Below are positions 41,387 through 53,303 of a DNA stretch of 64,000 bases, in pieces. How positions within the stretch are numbered: position 1 is the stretch's first letter; every line of letters begins with the position of its first letter. This DNA is from an uncultured Clostridium sp. GTDB taxonomy: Bacteria > Bacillota > Clostridia > TANB77 > CAG-508. Both the position numbers and the translations under genes were made by a program. The notes under the pieces are model-generated. The model searched no databases and was not told the origin of the DNA. It worked only from the letters and a program-made list of their open reading frames with translations. Where the stretch lies: NCBI GenBank assembly GCA_902496295.1, contig CABVAF010000003.1, forward strand, positions 3,356-67,355, in the 5' to 3' direction.

Positions 41387-42091
41387 TTGAATACTATTTA
41401 TGAGGAGAATAACCATATTACATTAATGGGAAAAGTAACAAGCGAAAAAAGATTTAGTCATGAAATATATGGAGAAAAGTTCTATATATTTGACATAAGC
41501 GTACCACGTTTAAGTGGTAGTTCAGATATTATACCTGTTACAATATCTGAGAGATTATTAATAGGAGAAGAAATAAAAGTAGACAGTAAAGTAATTATTG
41601 ATGGACAATTTAGATCATACAATAGTTATGAAAATGAAAAAAGCAGATTAGTACTTACAGTATTTGCAAAAGACATTAAACTTACAGAAAATCAAGATGA
41701 AGAAGTAAAAGCCGGAAAAGACATTATTTCAAATGAGGTAACTTTAACAGGTTATATTTGTAAGAAACCAATTTACCGTAAAACTCCATTTGGAAGAGAA
41801 ATTGCAGATGTATTATTAGCAGTAAATAGAGCATATAATAAGTCAGACTATATTCCATGTATTGCATGGGGAAGAAATGCAAGATTTTGCGAAAATATGC
41901 CAGTAGGAACAGAATTAAAAATAGTAGGTAGAGTTCAATCTAGAGCTTATGAGAAAAAACATGAAGATGGAACAATAGAAAATAGAATGGCATATGAAGT
42001 TTCAGTAGGAAGCTTAGAGGTTGCAGGAGATGGAAGCACAACAAACAAGGCAGAAGAAAGTGCAGAAAATGAAAATAAAGAGGCTATGTAA
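41387..42091 (+). CDS. tandem OB-fold SSB-like protein
   Basis: Two SSB-like halves; the second contains AWGRNA...GR.QSRAYEKK.DG...AYEVSV. TTG start with AGAGGAGG RBS. Confidence 0.45.
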   Translation: MNTIYEENNHITLMGKVTSEKRFSHEIYGEKFYIFDISVPRLSGSSDIIPVTISERLLIGEEIKVDSKVIIDGQFRSYNSYENEKSRLVLTVFAKDIKLTENQDEEVKAGKDIISNEVTLTGYICKKPIYRKTPFGREIADVLLAVNRAYNKSDYIPCIAWGRNARFCENMPVGTELKIVGRVQSRAYEKKHEDGTIENRMAYEVSVGSLEVAGDGSTTNKAEESAENENKEAM

Positions 42092-42527
42092 TAGATATAT
42101 CAAAAATAAAAAATTCAGCTTTTAATGCTGAATTTTTTATTTTTTTTCTTCAGGAATAATTATTTTATCTTTTTTTGGTTTCTCATGTGGTTTTTCAATA
42201 TCTATGTGTTCACGTACTGGAGAAATGTTTAAACCGTCTCCGTCTCCTGAAACAATTTTAATTTCCTTTTTTTCGGTATTTTCATCTAAATTGCTCATAG
42301 TATACACCACCATTCTAGTAAGTATTTTTTTATTAATATAGCACAATAACAAAAAATGTTCAAGAATATATGTACAAAATGTTAAAATAGAAAATGAAAT
42401 AAATATTAGAATAAGATGAACAATTGAAAAGATTACTAATTTGTGGTATAATAAAATTTAACTACCTTGGTATAAACCAAAAGTTTGAAAAAGAAGCTTA
42501 TATAAATATAAGAGAGGGGATACCTTT

Positions 42528-43715
42528 ATGAAAATGAATAGCTCACTTATACGGTTGATTTCCATTGGTTCGCTAGATGCAATAAAAGATATATACCTAA
42601 ATATATTTTTAATTGCGAGAATTTACGACCTGGCAGACAACGCAACAAAAACAATTGCACTATATTACATTATCGAGTATGCATGTATTGCAATTACAAT
42701 GATAGTAGGAGGGAATTATTTTAAACAAAAACCCAACAATGGTTTAAGAGTTGGCATGATGGTAAACCTTATATTGCTACTTTTTATCATGAGACTAGAT
42801 GACCAAATAATTGTATACTATCCAATTGTAGCCTGTATCTTTGGGATTGCCATGGGGACTTATTATGGACCTATGCAGGTATTGCTTGGACATTTCGCTG
42901 ATGCAGACTCTGTAGGATACAGTACAATATCCACCATGTTATACAATATTGTTAATATTGTATTTCCAATTACTATCGGTGCTTACATTGAAACAACGTC
43001 TTTCTTTTCAGTAACATTATGCATGGTAGTTGTTACGAGTATCGAGATGCTACTATCTTTGGGAATTTCTAAAATACAGAATTCACAGAAATGTAATTTA
43101 TATGCTTTTCTTAAAGTCCTTAAGGACAATAGGAATTACAAAATTATCAATGTTTATGTTATCGTGTTCCTAAAGGGAATTACATCATCAGTATTGGATC
43201 GGACAGTTTTAATATTGATAATGATGATGTTTGGTAGTATCATGCAACTCGGAATATTGTCAACTATTTTTTCTATATTTACCGTGACAGCTAGTTGGAT
43301 AGTAAAAAAGCTATGTAAGGGAGATATTAAGAAATGGTTGATCAAAATTTCAGCAATCATGCCGATGCTAGCCGTTATATTGCTAGTAATCAATACAAGC
43401 ACAGAAACGTTTATCCTGTATAAGGCTGTGTCAGCAACATTTATTTGTATACTATCAGTTTTGGCTGATGCTAGTCGGTATAATACGATAGGAGACCTTA
43501 AGAAAACATATGCAGCAGAGCATCAAAATTTGTCAGAACTTTCGTTAGCAGCAGGAAGAATAACAGGTTTGACAATTTTGATAATAGTAAATGAATTTAT
43601 TGGAGGGCTAATTGCAATTAAGGCAATGTTGTTAATTATAGGAATGGTTATAATAGCATATGCATCTTTTATTGCAAAAGGACAGAATTACGACAACGTT
43701 ATGGAGGTGAAATAA
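42528..43715 (+). CDS. polytopic membrane protein (transporter-like)
   Basis: 395 aa with about 10-12 TM segments. Confidence 0.4.
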   Translation: MKMNSSLIRLISIGSLDAIKDIYLNIFLIARIYDLADNATKTIALYYIIEYACIAITMIVGGNYFKQKPNNGLRVGMMVNLILLLFIMRLDDQIIVYYPIVACIFGIAMGTYYGPMQVLLGHFADADSVGYSTISTMLYNIVNIVFPITIGAYIETTSFFSVTLCMVVVTSIEMLLSLGISKIQNSQKCNLYAFLKVLKDNRNYKIINVYVIVFLKGITSSVLDRTVLILIMMMFGSIMQLGILSTIFSIFTVTASWIVKKLCKGDIKKWLIKISAIMPMLAVILLVINTSTETFILYKAVSATFICILSVLADASRYNTIGDLKKTYAAEHQNLSELSLAAGRITGLTILIIVNEFIGGLIAIKAMLLIIGMVIIAYASFIAKGQNYDNVMEVK

Positions 43716-43928
43716 TATAGGCTTCAAAAAAGCAGACGGTGTAATCATCGTCTGCTTTCAATTTATGGATAAAAAAAGTTGTAATTATTGCTACTCTAAC
43801 ATAATTTTGCTTGAAACGATATGAAATTTATGGTATTATATAAAATAGTTTTAAGTTGATATAATATTTTGGATATAATTTAGAAAAAAGCAAGTAGAAC
43901 TGGTAATATATAAAATAGGGAGTAATAT

Positions 43929-44546
43929 ATGGAAAATTTAGATAAATATTGGGATGATATTCACCAGAAATATACATCATGTTATGATGGTTGGCTTGAT
44001 AAATATATAGATTTATTAAATAAAGATGATGTAATAATAGAACTTGGATGTGGAAGAGCATACAACAGTAGATTTTTAATGGAAAATGGGTTTGAAAATA
44101 TTACTGCTTGCGATTTTTCTAAAGAGGCAATAAGTGCAGTAAATAAAGAATTTAGTAAATTAAAAACTATGAATTTCGATATGAGTAAAGGACTTCCTTT
44201 TGATGATAACTCTATAGATATAATAATTGCAGATTTGTGTTTACATTATTTTAATAATAAAACTACACAATATATTATAAATGAAATTTATAGAGTTATA
44301 AAAAGCGGAGGATATATAATAGGAAGAGTAAACTCATTAAAAGAAATAGAAAAGCTAAATGAAGGAAGCAGAGAGATAGAAAAAAATTTCTATTATGAGA
44401 ATCCAATATATAAAAGATTTTTCGACAAGGAAAGCATAGAGAAATATTTTAGTAAATTTGAAACATATAAAATAAAAGAAGAAAATATGGGAAGGTATGA
44501 AAAGCCTAAAGTATTAATTGAATTTTGTATGATGAAAAGCGAATAA
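43929..44546 (+). CDS. class I SAM-dependent methyltransferase
   Basis: Motif I IIELGCGRAYNS. Confidence 0.65.
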   Translation: MENLDKYWDDIHQKYTSCYDGWLDKYIDLLNKDDVIIELGCGRAYNSRFLMENGFENITACDFSKEAISAVNKEFSKLKTMNFDMSKGLPFDDNSIDIIIADLCLHYFNNKTTQYIINEIYRVIKSGGYIIGRVNSLKEIEKLNEGSREIEKNFYYENPIYKRFFDKESIEKYFSKFETYKIKEENMGRYEKPKVLIEFCMMKSE

Positions 44547-44569
44547 ATATAAATTAGGAAGTGGAATAA

Positions 44570-45208
44570 ATGGAAAAAGAGAGGATAATGGGGATAATAG
44601 AGTCAATATTATTTGCAGCTGGAAGAGAAGTAACAATAAAAGAGCTTATGACAGTTTTAGAGGCAGAGTCTAGTGATATAATAAGTATAGTAAATGAAAT
44701 GAAAGAAAATTATAACAAAGAAGACAGAGGAATTCAAATAATAAATGTAGATGGAGCATATCAGTTGTGTACTAAAAAACAAAACTATGATTATATATGC
44801 CAAATTTTTGATAAAAGGGCAAAATTACAATTATCTCAAGCTGTAATGGAAACTTTATCAATTATTGCTTATAATCCTAGGATTACAAGAGCAGAGATTG
44901 AGGCAATAAGAGGTGTAAGTTCTGATGGAGTTATTTATAAATTGTTAGACTATAATTTAATAGCAGAAACTGGTAAGCTTGATGCACCAGGAAGACCTAC
45001 TACTTTTTCTACAACAAATGAATTTTTAAAGATGTTTGGACTTTCAAGTTTAAAAGATTTACCAGAACTTCCAAGATATAAGTTAGATAGCAATAAACAA
45101 ATTGTAATAGATGAAATAGTAAATGGAGAGACAGAAGAAAATGCAGGAGAGCTAGAAGTCCCCGGTAATAATGAAAACGAAAATATACTAAAAAATGAAA
45201 ATATGTAG
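44570..45208 (+). CDS. scpB: segregation and condensation protein B
   Basis: N-terminus [13 protein letters not shown] and tandem wHTH domains. Confidence 0.8.
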   Translation: MEKERIMGIIESILFAAGREVTIKELMTVLEAESSDIISIVNEMKENYNKEDRGIQIINVDGAYQLCTKKQNYDYICQIFDKRAKLQLSQAVMETLSIIAYNPRITRAEIEAIRGVSSDGVIYKLLDYNLIAETGKLDAPGRPTTFSTTNEFLKMFGLSSLKDLPELPRYKLDSNKQIVIDEIVNGETEENAGELEVPGNNENENILKNENM

Positions 45209-45222
45209 ATAGGAGAATTGTT

Positions 45223-46656
45223 ATGGACAAAGAATTTGTTAAAGAACTTACAAATATAGAAGAAGATTTTGCTAAGTGGTATACAGATATTGTTATAAAG
45301 GCAGAACTTGCAGATTACACAGATACTAAAGGCTGTATTGCAATAAAGCCATACGGATATGCTATATGGGAAAATATACAAAAATATACAGACGATTTAT
45401 TTAAAAAAGCAGGAGTAAAAAATGTGTACTTTCCACTTTTAATTCCAGAGAGTCTGTTACAAAAAGAAAAAGATCATGTGGAAGGATTTGCACCAGAAGT
45501 AGCAATGGTAACAGAAGCGGGAGGAGAACCACTAGAAGAAAAATTGGTTGTAAGACCTACATCTGAAACTATGTTTTCTACACTTTATTCTAAGTGGATT
45601 AGCTCATGGAGAGATTTACCAGTTGTATATAATCAATGGTGTAGTGTATTAAGATGGGAAAAAGAAACAAGACCATTTTTACGTTCTCGTGAATTTTTAT
45701 GGCAAGAAGGTCATACAATCCATGCAACTGAAGAAGAAGCAAGAGAACGTACAATACAAATGCTTAACATATATGCACAAGTAGTAGAAGACCTACTTGC
45801 AATACCAGTTTTAAAAGGAGAAAAAACTCCAAGTGAAAAATTTGCAGGAGCAGAAAATACATATACAATAGAAACCTTGATGCATGATGGCAGAGCACTT
45901 CAATCTGGTACTTCACACTATTTTGGACAGAACTTTACGAAGCCATTTAATATAAAGTTCCAAAATAAAGAAGGTAAAGAAGAATATGGTTATCAAACTT
46001 CATGGGGAATTAGCACAAGATTGCTTGGTGGAGTTATTATGGCACATGGAGATGATAGAGGTTTGAAATTACCACCCAAAGTTGCTCCAATCCAAATTGT
46101 AATAGTTCCAGTTGCTGCACATAAAGAAGGAGTTGTAGAAAAAGCAACAGAATTAAAAAATGTGTTAGAAGAAAAATTCCGTGTAGAATTAGACTTAAGA
46201 GATAATTATTCAACAGGATATAAATTTAATTATTGGGAATTAAGAGGAGTACCAGTAAGAATAGAAATTGGACCAAGAGATATAGAAAATGGTCAATGTG
46301 TCGTGGTTAGAAGAGACACATTAGAAAAGCAGTTTGTAAAATTAGATGAATTGCAAAACAAGATGGAAGAATTATTAGAAGAAATTCAAAAGCACATGTA
46401 TGACGAGTGTGTTGAAAGAGTAAAAAGTAAGACAAATGTTGCTACAAACATGGATGAATTTGAGAAAAATTTGAAAGAAAATCAAGGATATGTTAAAGCA
46501 ATGTGGTGTGGAGATGAAGCTTGTGAAGATAAAATAAAAGACCTTACAGGAGCTAAGTCTAGATGTATTCCATTTGAGCAAGAACATATATCAGATAAAT
46601 GTGTATGCTGTGGAAAACCAGCAACGAAGATGGTTTATTGGGGAAGACAATATTAA
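45223..46656 (+). CDS. proS: prolyl-tRNA synthetase (short, archaeal/eukaryote-like type)
   Basis: 477 aa class II aaRS with C-terminal zinc-binding CxxC...CxxC. Confidence 0.85.
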   Translation: MDKEFVKELTNIEEDFAKWYTDIVIKAELADYTDTKGCIAIKPYGYAIWENIQKYTDDLFKKAGVKNVYFPLLIPESLLQKEKDHVEGFAPEVAMVTEAGGEPLEEKLVVRPTSETMFSTLYSKWISSWRDLPVVYNQWCSVLRWEKETRPFLRSREFLWQEGHTIHATEEEARERTIQMLNIYAQVVEDLLAIPVLKGEKTPSEKFAGAENTYTIETLMHDGRALQSGTSHYFGQNFTKPFNIKFQNKEGKEEYGYQTSWGISTRLLGGVIMAHGDDRGLKLPPKVAPIQIVIVPVAAHKEGVVEKATELKNVLEEKFRVELDLRDNYSTGYKFNYWELRGVPVRIEIGPRDIENGQCVVVRRDTLEKQFVKLDELQNKMEELLEEIQKHMYDECVERVKSKTNVATNMDEFEKNLKENQGYVKAMWCGDEACEDKIKDLTGAKSRCIPFEQEHISDKCVCCGKPATKMVYWGRQY

Positions 46657-46687
46657 TATAAATTAAGGGAAAAGTAAAAATTGAAAA

Positions 46688-46752
46688 ATAGAAATTAGGG
46701 ACCTGTCCCTAATTTCTGTATTTCAGAAAAAATGACCTGTCCCTAATTTCCA
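46688..46752 (-). repeat. repeat element copy C (inverted orientation) between convergent proS and 46743..47285
   Basis: Its reverse complement has the same two-unit structure as copies A and B. It contains the TAG stop of the minus-strand gene. Confidence 0.65.
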
Positions 46753-47285
46753 AATTTTTTATTTAAGGTATTTAATACCTCTGGGTATATTTTATAAGCA
46801 TTTGTTTTCCAGTTATCTACTATTTTTTTTGCTTCATCACGTGAGCCACAAAAAACTTTAAGTTCAAATATACATTTACCGTTTTCGTTTATTTTACAAG
46901 TTACAGTATATTCTGTTTCACTTTTGGGAGTGAATTCTGCAATTACAGATTCTTGTTCTTTAGTTGCTGAAATTTCATTTTTTAAGTTTATATCAACCTT
47001 TAACTTTATTATACCAGGTAACATATCTATGGTTAAGTGTAATGCTTCTCTACCTGTTTCTGTTATTTCATAAACATCTTTAGTATCTTTTTTATAACCC
47101 TTTATATAATTTAATTGGGTTAAGTCTAATAAGAACTGTTGAAAATAAAAATAGTTCATATCTTGTGTTGATAGAATTATTCTGTATAAGTTTGCATTAT
47201 CAATTGGTGTGTATAGTTTGTCTAGTATGTACAATATTAGTATTTTGTTTTCTGCTAATGTTTCATTGTCTGATGAAAGTTTCAA
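46743..47285 (-). CDS. DUF4364-like putative wHTH regulator
   Basis: TTG start with GGAGTG RBS and extended -10 TGTTATAAT upstream. The ORF track extends it to 47411. Confidence 0.4.
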   Translation of the reverse strand: MKLSSDNETLAENKILILYILDKLYTPIDNANLYRIILSTQDMNYFYFQQFLLDLTQLNYIKGYKKDTKDVYEITETGREALHLTIDMLPGIIKLKVDINLKNEISATKEQESVIAEFTPKSETEYTVTCKINENGKCIFELKVFCGSRDEAKKIVDNWKTNAYKIYPEVLNTLNKKFGN

Positions 47286-47398
47286 TTTGCTCACTCCTAA
47301 ATATTTTTTTCCATTATAACACAAAATGTTTATAAATACTATTATTTTTTTATTAAAAATGTTATACTTTATAAAGAATGTTTTAATATGGGGGAAAA

Positions 47399-48106
47399 AT
47401 GAAAAAAACACTATATGATATTTTAGAAGTTAGTGAAAAGGCTTCTAAAGAGGTAATAGAAAAAGCATATAAAGTTTTAGCTAAAAAGTATCATCCTGAT
47501 TTACAAACGGAGGAGAATAAAACTGAAGCAGAAAGCAAAATGAAAGAAATAAATGAGGCATATAATATTTTAAGTAATGATGATGAGAGAAAAAAATATG
47601 ATGCTGAATTAGAAAATACTAGAGAAATAGAAAGGCAAGAAGAAATTGCTAGACAACAGAATGTATACACAAATGAAAATGCAGGAAACTATAATTTAAA
47701 TATGCAAAATAATAGAGCGCCACAAGGAAATGTTAACGATAATAATTTGCAAAGAGATTTGCAAGAGGTTTTAAGAAAACAGCAAGAAAGTTTAAGAATG
47801 CAACAAGCCGCATATGCTAAACAACAAGCCGAAATGGAAAAACAATATAATAATGCCTATTATAAGTATTTAAAAAGTTTGGGATATAAAATTAAATTTA
47901 AATGGACATGGAAACAGTATGTTACACTATTTATAGTAATTATGGTATTAATAGGTATTGGGCTTATTTTGTGGATTATTCCTCCAACTCATGATTGGAT
48001 GCTAGAATTATACAATAATAATATATTTATAAAAACGTTTGTAAATATATTTATAGGAATTTTTAACGGGATAGGAAAGATAATTTCAAGTATTTTTAGT
48101 GATTAG
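47399..48106 (+). CDS. J-domain (DnaJ-like) protein with C-terminal membrane anchor
   Basis: J-domain YDILEV...KKYHPD. Gln-rich linker and C-terminal TM helices. Confidence 0.65.
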   Translation: MKKTLYDILEVSEKASKEVIEKAYKVLAKKYHPDLQTEENKTEAESKMKEINEAYNILSNDDERKKYDAELENTREIERQEEIARQQNVYTNENAGNYNLNMQNNRAPQGNVNDNNLQRDLQEVLRKQQESLRMQQAAYAKQQAEMEKQYNNAYYKYLKSLGYKIKFKWTWKQYVTLFIVIMVLIGIGLILWIIPPTHDWMLELYNNNIFIKTFVNIFIGIFNGIGKIISSIFSD

Positions 48107-48292
48107 AACGACTAATAGCTATTTTCCTTTAGATAATCTAACATTTTGGTAATATTATAAAAATTATTATAACTTTTTATAAAAATTTGCATTTTTACAT
48201 ATTGAATAAATATTTTAATTTAGTATATAATTATTTATAAGTACAAGCTTGGATAGTAAAATATTCAAGCTTAATTTTTAAGGAGGGATATT

Positions 48293-49369
48293 ATGGATAG
48301 AAAAATTAGAGTTATGCAATATGGAACTGGCAAAATGTCTACTTACACAATGCGTTATGTATTTGAAAAAGGAGCAGAAATTGTAGGAGCTGTTGATGTA
48401 AATCCAGAAGTTATTGGAAAAGATATTGGCGAAATAATGAAAACGGAAAATAAAAACGTTATAGTAAAAAATGTTAGTGAGGCTGAAAGTATTATAAACG
48501 AAACAAAACCAGATATTGTTATTGTTACTACAATGAGCTTAATAAAAGATGTAGAAGATGCATTAATGTTATGTGCAAAAATGGGAGTAAATGCTATTAC
48601 AACATGTGAAGAAGCGTTTTACCCAGCAAATTCTAATCCAGAAATAACAAAAAGAATAGATGAATTAGCAAAACAAAATGGTTGTACAATAACAGGAAGT
48701 GGTTATCAAGATATTTATTGGGGACAACTTATTAGTTCAATAGCAGGTTCTACTCATAAAATAACAAAAATAAAGGGAAGCTCAAGCTATAATGTAGAAG
48801 ACTATGGAATAGCTTTAGCAAAAGCTCATGGCGCAGGACTTACATTAGAGGAGTTTGAAGAGCAAGTGGCATCAGTAGATAAAATATCTGACGAGGAAAG
48901 ACAAAATGTAATAAACGCAGGGGAGTATCTACCTTCATATATGTGGAATGTAAATGGCTGGTTATGCGAGAAATTAGGATTAACTGTTGAAAGACAAACT
49001 CAAAAAACAGTTCCACAAACATATAAAGAGGATATTTATTCTACTACATTAGGAATGAATGTTCCTGCTGGAAATGCTACTGGAATGAGTGCTGTTGTTA
49101 CAACAACTACAAAAGAGGGTGTTACAATAGAGTCAGAATGTATAGGAAAAGTATATTCTAAAGAAGATTATGATAAAAATGAATGGACAATAGAAGGCGA
49201 GCCAAATACTACTATTGTTGTGGCAAGACCAAATACTGTAGAATTAACATGTGCATCTATAGTAAATAGAATTCCAGATGTAATAAATAGTGAAGCAGGG
49301 TATATTCCAACAGACAGAATGGGAGAATTACAATATAGAGTAAAACCTTTAAATGAGTATGTAAAATAA
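48293..49369 (+). CDS. DapB-like NAD(P)-binding oxidoreductase (possible amine dehydrogenase, e.g. 2,4-diaminopentanoate dehydrogenase family)
   Basis: N-terminal Rossmann fold IRVMQYGTGKMS...GAVD. Confidence 0.45.
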   Translation: MDRKIRVMQYGTGKMSTYTMRYVFEKGAEIVGAVDVNPEVIGKDIGEIMKTENKNVIVKNVSEAESIINETKPDIVIVTTMSLIKDVEDALMLCAKMGVNAITTCEEAFYPANSNPEITKRIDELAKQNGCTITGSGYQDIYWGQLISSIAGSTHKITKIKGSSSYNVEDYGIALAKAHGAGLTLEEFEEQVASVDKISDEERQNVINAGEYLPSYMWNVNGWLCEKLGLTVERQTQKTVPQTYKEDIYSTTLGMNVPAGNATGMSAVVTTTTKEGVTIESECIGKVYSKEDYDKNEWTIEGEPNTTIVVARPNTVELTCASIVNRIPDVINSEAGYIPTDRMGELQYRVKPLNEYVK

Positions 49370-49487
49370 AATTTTTATAAAAGAATAAAGAGATAAAAAA
49401 ATTAGCAAGTTAGAAAAATAAAAAAGCTATGTTAAAAGCTATATTAGCATTTGTAAATGTTAATATAGCTTTTTTATAAATGTTTTA

Positions 49488-50525
49488 TTAAATTTCAATA
49501 TAATTGTATTCACAAGCACGAATTAGTCTGTTCATAATTGCAAGACCTATTCCAGACTTTTCTACACCTTCTATAATTACTATATCTGGGTTATATTTAT
49601 CTACTTTTCTTAAATCTGTAAATAAATTTTTAGAAATTTCCTCAAGATTCTTTTTAGAGCCAATGTCTATTTTATTTTCTATATTATACATTTCCATATT
49701 TTCTGCACAAGATATTACAACAGGATTTTCGTATTCTGATAAAAGCTCGTTTATTTTATCTACCATTTTAGAATTATCTTTGCTATATACTAGTATACAT
49801 TTAGATTGTGGTGCATAATGCCTATATTTCATACCAGGAGATAAAACCTTTTGATTTTTTTCCAATTTTCCTAAAACATGTTCATCTATAATAACATCTC
49901 CTGCAACAGATTTTAATTGTTCGGCTGTTATTCTACCAGGTCTTAAAATATGTGGAATGTTATCTATTACACGCACTACAGTAGACTCCAAACCTATGTC
50001 ACAATTACCGCCATTTATTATATAATCTACTTTATTAAATAATTCTTCAGAGATATCATCTAAATTAGTTCCGCTTGGCTTTCCAGAAATATTAGCGCTG
50101 GGGGCAGCAATAGGAACACCTGAATATTTAATTAAATTATGTGCGATTTTGTTACTTGGCATACGTACACCAACTGTATTTAATCCACTTGTAACTATAT
50201 TTGGTACAATAGGTGTTCTTTCTAATATAATTGTAAAAGGGCCAGGCCAAAATGCATTCATTAGTTTATATTCAACTTCTGAGATATTTTGAGATATAGT
50301 TTTAAGCATTTCGTAGTCAGATATGTGGAGTATTAAAGGATTGTCGCTACTTCTTCCTTTAGCAGTATATATACTTTTTACAGCTTCTTCATTAAGTCCA
50401 TTAGCACCAAGTCCATAAACAGTTTCTGTAGGAAAAAGAACTAATCCGCCATCTGCAATTATTTTTCCAGCATCTTGTAATTTAGTATATTCTTGACAAT
50501 TTGTTAAATCTAAATAATTTTTCAT
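49488..50525 (-). CDS. tsaC: L-threonylcarbamoyladenylate synthase (Sua5/TsaC family, long form)
   Basis: YrdC domain (VLFPTETVYGLGAN) plus a Sua5 C-terminal domain. Confidence 0.8.
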   Translation of the reverse strand: MKNYLDLTNCQEYTKLQDAGKIIADGGLVLFPTETVYGLGANGLNEEAVKSIYTAKGRSSDNPLILHISDYEMLKTISQNISEVEYKLMNAFWPGPFTIILERTPIVPNIVTSGLNTVGVRMPSNKIAHNLIKYSGVPIAAPSANISGKPSGTNLDDISEELFNKVDYIINGGNCDIGLESTVVRVIDNIPHILRPGRITAEQLKSVAGDVIIDEHVLGKLEKNQKVLSPGMKYRHYAPQSKCILVYSKDNSKMVDKINELLSEYENPVVISCAENMEMYNIENKIDIGSKKNLEEISKNLFTDLRKVDKYNPDIVIIEGVEKSGIGLAIMNRLIRACEYNYIEI

Positions 50526-50719
50526 TTCTATAACTTCCTTTTTTTATTAACGCAACTTATATTATATACCGAAAACATTAAAAAGTCCAGTAGTATAAGT
50601 TTTTGTAATTTTTAAATTTTAACATTGCATCTAATTTTTTCATGTGCTAAAATTATAATGTAGAAAAATGTAAAATATTTAGTATAAACATAAATAAAAA
50701 TTAATAAAAGGAAACAATT

Positions 50720-51385
50720 ATGAGAATTAGGTTTAAACCATGGGCAAGACCAGAATTAGAGGCAAGTAAATTTTATATAGATAATCCAGAAGAATATAAA
50801 GGAAAATGGAGACAAGCTTTTAAAGAAAAAGAAAATGAATTGCATTTAGAATTAGGATGTGGCAAAGGAAGTTTTATATCACAATTAGCAGTTAAAAATC
50901 ATAATATAAACTACTTAGCAATAGATTTAGTAGATGCAATGCTTGGATTAGCAAAAAGAAATATTGAGCAAAAGTATGAGGAAATGAAATCGGAAATTGA
51001 CAACATTATAATAACAAGATATGATATAGAAAGAATTTTTAATATTCTAAGTATAGAAGACAATGTAACAAGAATATATATAAACTTTTGTAATCCATGG
51101 CCTCGTGGAAAACACCATAAAAAAAGACTTACACACATAAGACAATTAGAAAAATATAAGCAGTTTTTACAAAAAAACGGTAAGATATATTTTAAAACAG
51201 ATGATGATAGTCTATTTGCAGACAGTTTATCATATTTAAAACAAACAGGTTTTATTATAGAAAATTTTACATATGATTTAGAAAAAGAAGAAAATTTTTG
51301 GGATAATATTATTACAGAACATGAGCAAATGTTTATGAACGAAGGAATAAAAATAAAAGCAGTTATAGCTAGATTGGAGGAATAA
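50720..51385 (+). CDS. trmB: tRNA (guanine46-N7)-methyltransferase
   Basis: LELGCGKGSF SAM-binding motif. 221 aa. Confidence 0.8.
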   Translation: MRIRFKPWARPELEASKFYIDNPEEYKGKWRQAFKEKENELHLELGCGKGSFISQLAVKNHNINYLAIDLVDAMLGLAKRNIEQKYEEMKSEIDNIIITRYDIERIFNILSIEDNVTRIYINFCNPWPRGKHHKKRLTHIRQLEKYKQFLQKNGKIYFKTDDDSLFADSLSYLKQTGFIIENFTYDLEKEENFWDNIITEHEQMFMNEGIKIKAVIARLEE

Positions 51386-52734
51386 TGGAAATAATTAATT
51401 CTATAATAAATTTTTTTAAAAATATTACAACAGAGCAAATTTTAACAATGGGAATATCAGTTGGAATTATAATACTTTTTTGTTTATTTAGTTCTCTAAT
51501 TGCATATGGAATAATTAAAATTTTTAAGTGGAAAAGCACTAGAAAAGAGATAAAAGAAAATTCATTATATAAGCCAATAAAAACAGTTGTTATTTGGATA
51601 GGACTACATGTTGCTATATTAATTTTAGGATTACCAAGTAATGTGACTTCAATATGCAACAAAATTTTTAGAATAGGAATTATAGTAATATTGGCAATTG
51701 GAATAGCTAATATGTTTTCTCCAGATTCAAAAATATTTAAGAAAATTTCTAACCATAAAAGAATAAAAGGAAACCAAACTCTAATTAATTTTATTAGTAA
51801 GGTAGCAAAAGGAGTAGTTTATGTTATTGCAACACTTTTAATAATGACAGAATTAAACTTTAACTTAGGTGGACTTGTAGCAGGACTTGGGCTAAGTGGA
51901 GTTATAATTGCATTAGCTGCTCAAGATATCGCAAAAAATTTATTTGGAGGAATGGCAATTATACTAGATAAGCCATTTTCAGTTGGAGATTGGATACAAA
52001 CTGCTAACTATTCTGGAACAGTAGAAGATATAACTTTTAGAAGTACACGTCTTAGAATGACAGATAATACTGTTGTTACTATACAAAATTCTACTTTATC
52101 AAATGAACCTGTTATAAATTATGCTAAACTTCCAATGAGAAGATATTCAACAACACTTAATTTAGCACTAGAAACAAATTCTGATGTTGTGGAGAATATA
52201 ATAGGAAAGTTAAAGTTTGCTCTTTCTAATACAGAGGGAGTAGTTGTAAGTGGACTTAATGTATATTTTCAAAAAATTTCAGAGGATGGTATAGAAATAG
52301 GAATATTTTTTAACACAAAAATTGTTTCATATAATGAATATTTGGCTTTTTGTGAGCAAATTAATTTGTTATTACTAAAGGTATTAGAGTCTGAAAATGT
52401 TAAACTATCATATCCTACACAGAAAGTATATGTAGCAGATAAAAATGATTTTAATGAAAATAGTAAGAAACTTTCTAAAAAGAATGTTACTAAAAATGAC
52501 AATATAGAGAAATTACTTAATGATAGTATAAATAAAAATATAGATGAATTAATAAATGGTAAAAAAGAAAATAATACAAATAATAAGTCTACTGCTGAAA
52601 AAGAAAAGAAAAAAAGTGCTGCTACATTAAGTAGTAAAATAGTAAAATCGGCTAAAAAAGTTTCAGAAGCAATTGTTAAAGTCGAAAGAAAGCAAAAAAA
52701 CTCGAAAAATGTAAATGATAAAATTACAAAATAA
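51385..52734 (+). CDS. MscS-family mechanosensitive channel
   Basis: TM segments followed by the MscS beta-domain pattern (GDWIQ...GTVEDITFRSTRLR) and a lysine-rich tail. Confidence 0.7.
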   Translation: MEIINSIINFFKNITTEQILTMGISVGIIILFCLFSSLIAYGIIKIFKWKSTRKEIKENSLYKPIKTVVIWIGLHVAILILGLPSNVTSICNKIFRIGIIVILAIGIANMFSPDSKIFKKISNHKRIKGNQTLINFISKVAKGVVYVIATLLIMTELNFNLGGLVAGLGLSGVIIALAAQDIAKNLFGGMAIILDKPFSVGDWIQTANYSGTVEDITFRSTRLRMTDNTVVTIQNSTLSNEPVINYAKLPMRRYSTTLNLALETNSDVVENIIGKLKFALSNTEGVVVSGLNVYFQKISEDGIEIGIFFNTKIVSYNEYLAFCEQINLLLLKVLESENVKLSYPTQKVYVADKNDFNENSKKLSKKNVTKNDNIEKLLNDSINKNIDELINGKKENNTNNKSTAEKEKKKSAATLSSKIVKSAKKVSEAIVKVERKQKNSKNVNDKITK

Positions 52735-52830
52735 GTAAACAAATTTGCAAATATATGGAAAATGGTGTATAATAGTTATATGAGTTCCTCATGAGGGTGA
52801 GCATTATATTGTAGAGAGGACTAGATAGAT

Positions 52831-53217
52831 ATGGTAAATATGGAACCCAAGCAGGCAGAGGTAATGAAGCAGCTGCACGAAATGCGGAATAAAGGCCACT
52901 TTTCCAGCATCGAGATGGAGGAGGAGAGCCTTTGGATGGAGGTAACGGAATTGCTCCGTACCACCATTCTCTTCAGCGAAGCGCCCCTCATGCGGGCCAA
53001 GATCATGATTTTCCAGAATTGGGACAAGGTAAACCTGAGTTATCGCCTGGGTGGCGACGACAAGTCGCTGGTACGCCAGTTCGCGCTGGAGTACAGCCCC
53101 AATCGCATCAGACAGTTGGAAAACCGTGCCATCCGGAACGGTTACAAGACCAAGTATAGCCCGCCGGACGCGGATTACAAGGCAGGACTTCTCGAAATCG
53201 AGCTTGATCTCGCCTAA
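52831..53217 (+). CDS. hypothetical protein encoded in a GC-rich (~50%) island flanked by inverted repeats
   Basis: 128 aa with RBS AGAGGA. Extended -10 TGTATAAT at 52763-52770 and GC-rich terminator at 53274-53303. My manual count places the ATG one nt earlier than the ORF track. Confidence 0.5.
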   Translation: MVNMEPKQAEVMKQLHEMRNKGHFSSIEMEEESLWMEVTELLRTTILFSEAPLMRAKIMIFQNWDKVNLSYRLGGDDKSLVRQFALEYSPNRIRQLENRAIRNGYKTKYSPPDADYKAGLLEIELDLA

Positions 53218-53273
53218 GGTGTAAAACCAAGGACGAGTTTTGGAACTCTAACTGATGAATAATGCTCACTCTA

Positions 53274-53303
53274 ACCCCCGTGCTGTTGCGCGGGGTAATT
53301 TTT
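53274..53303 (+). terminator. Rho-independent terminator
   Basis: CCCCGTGC-TGTT-GCGCGGGG hairpin then T6. Confidence 0.7.
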
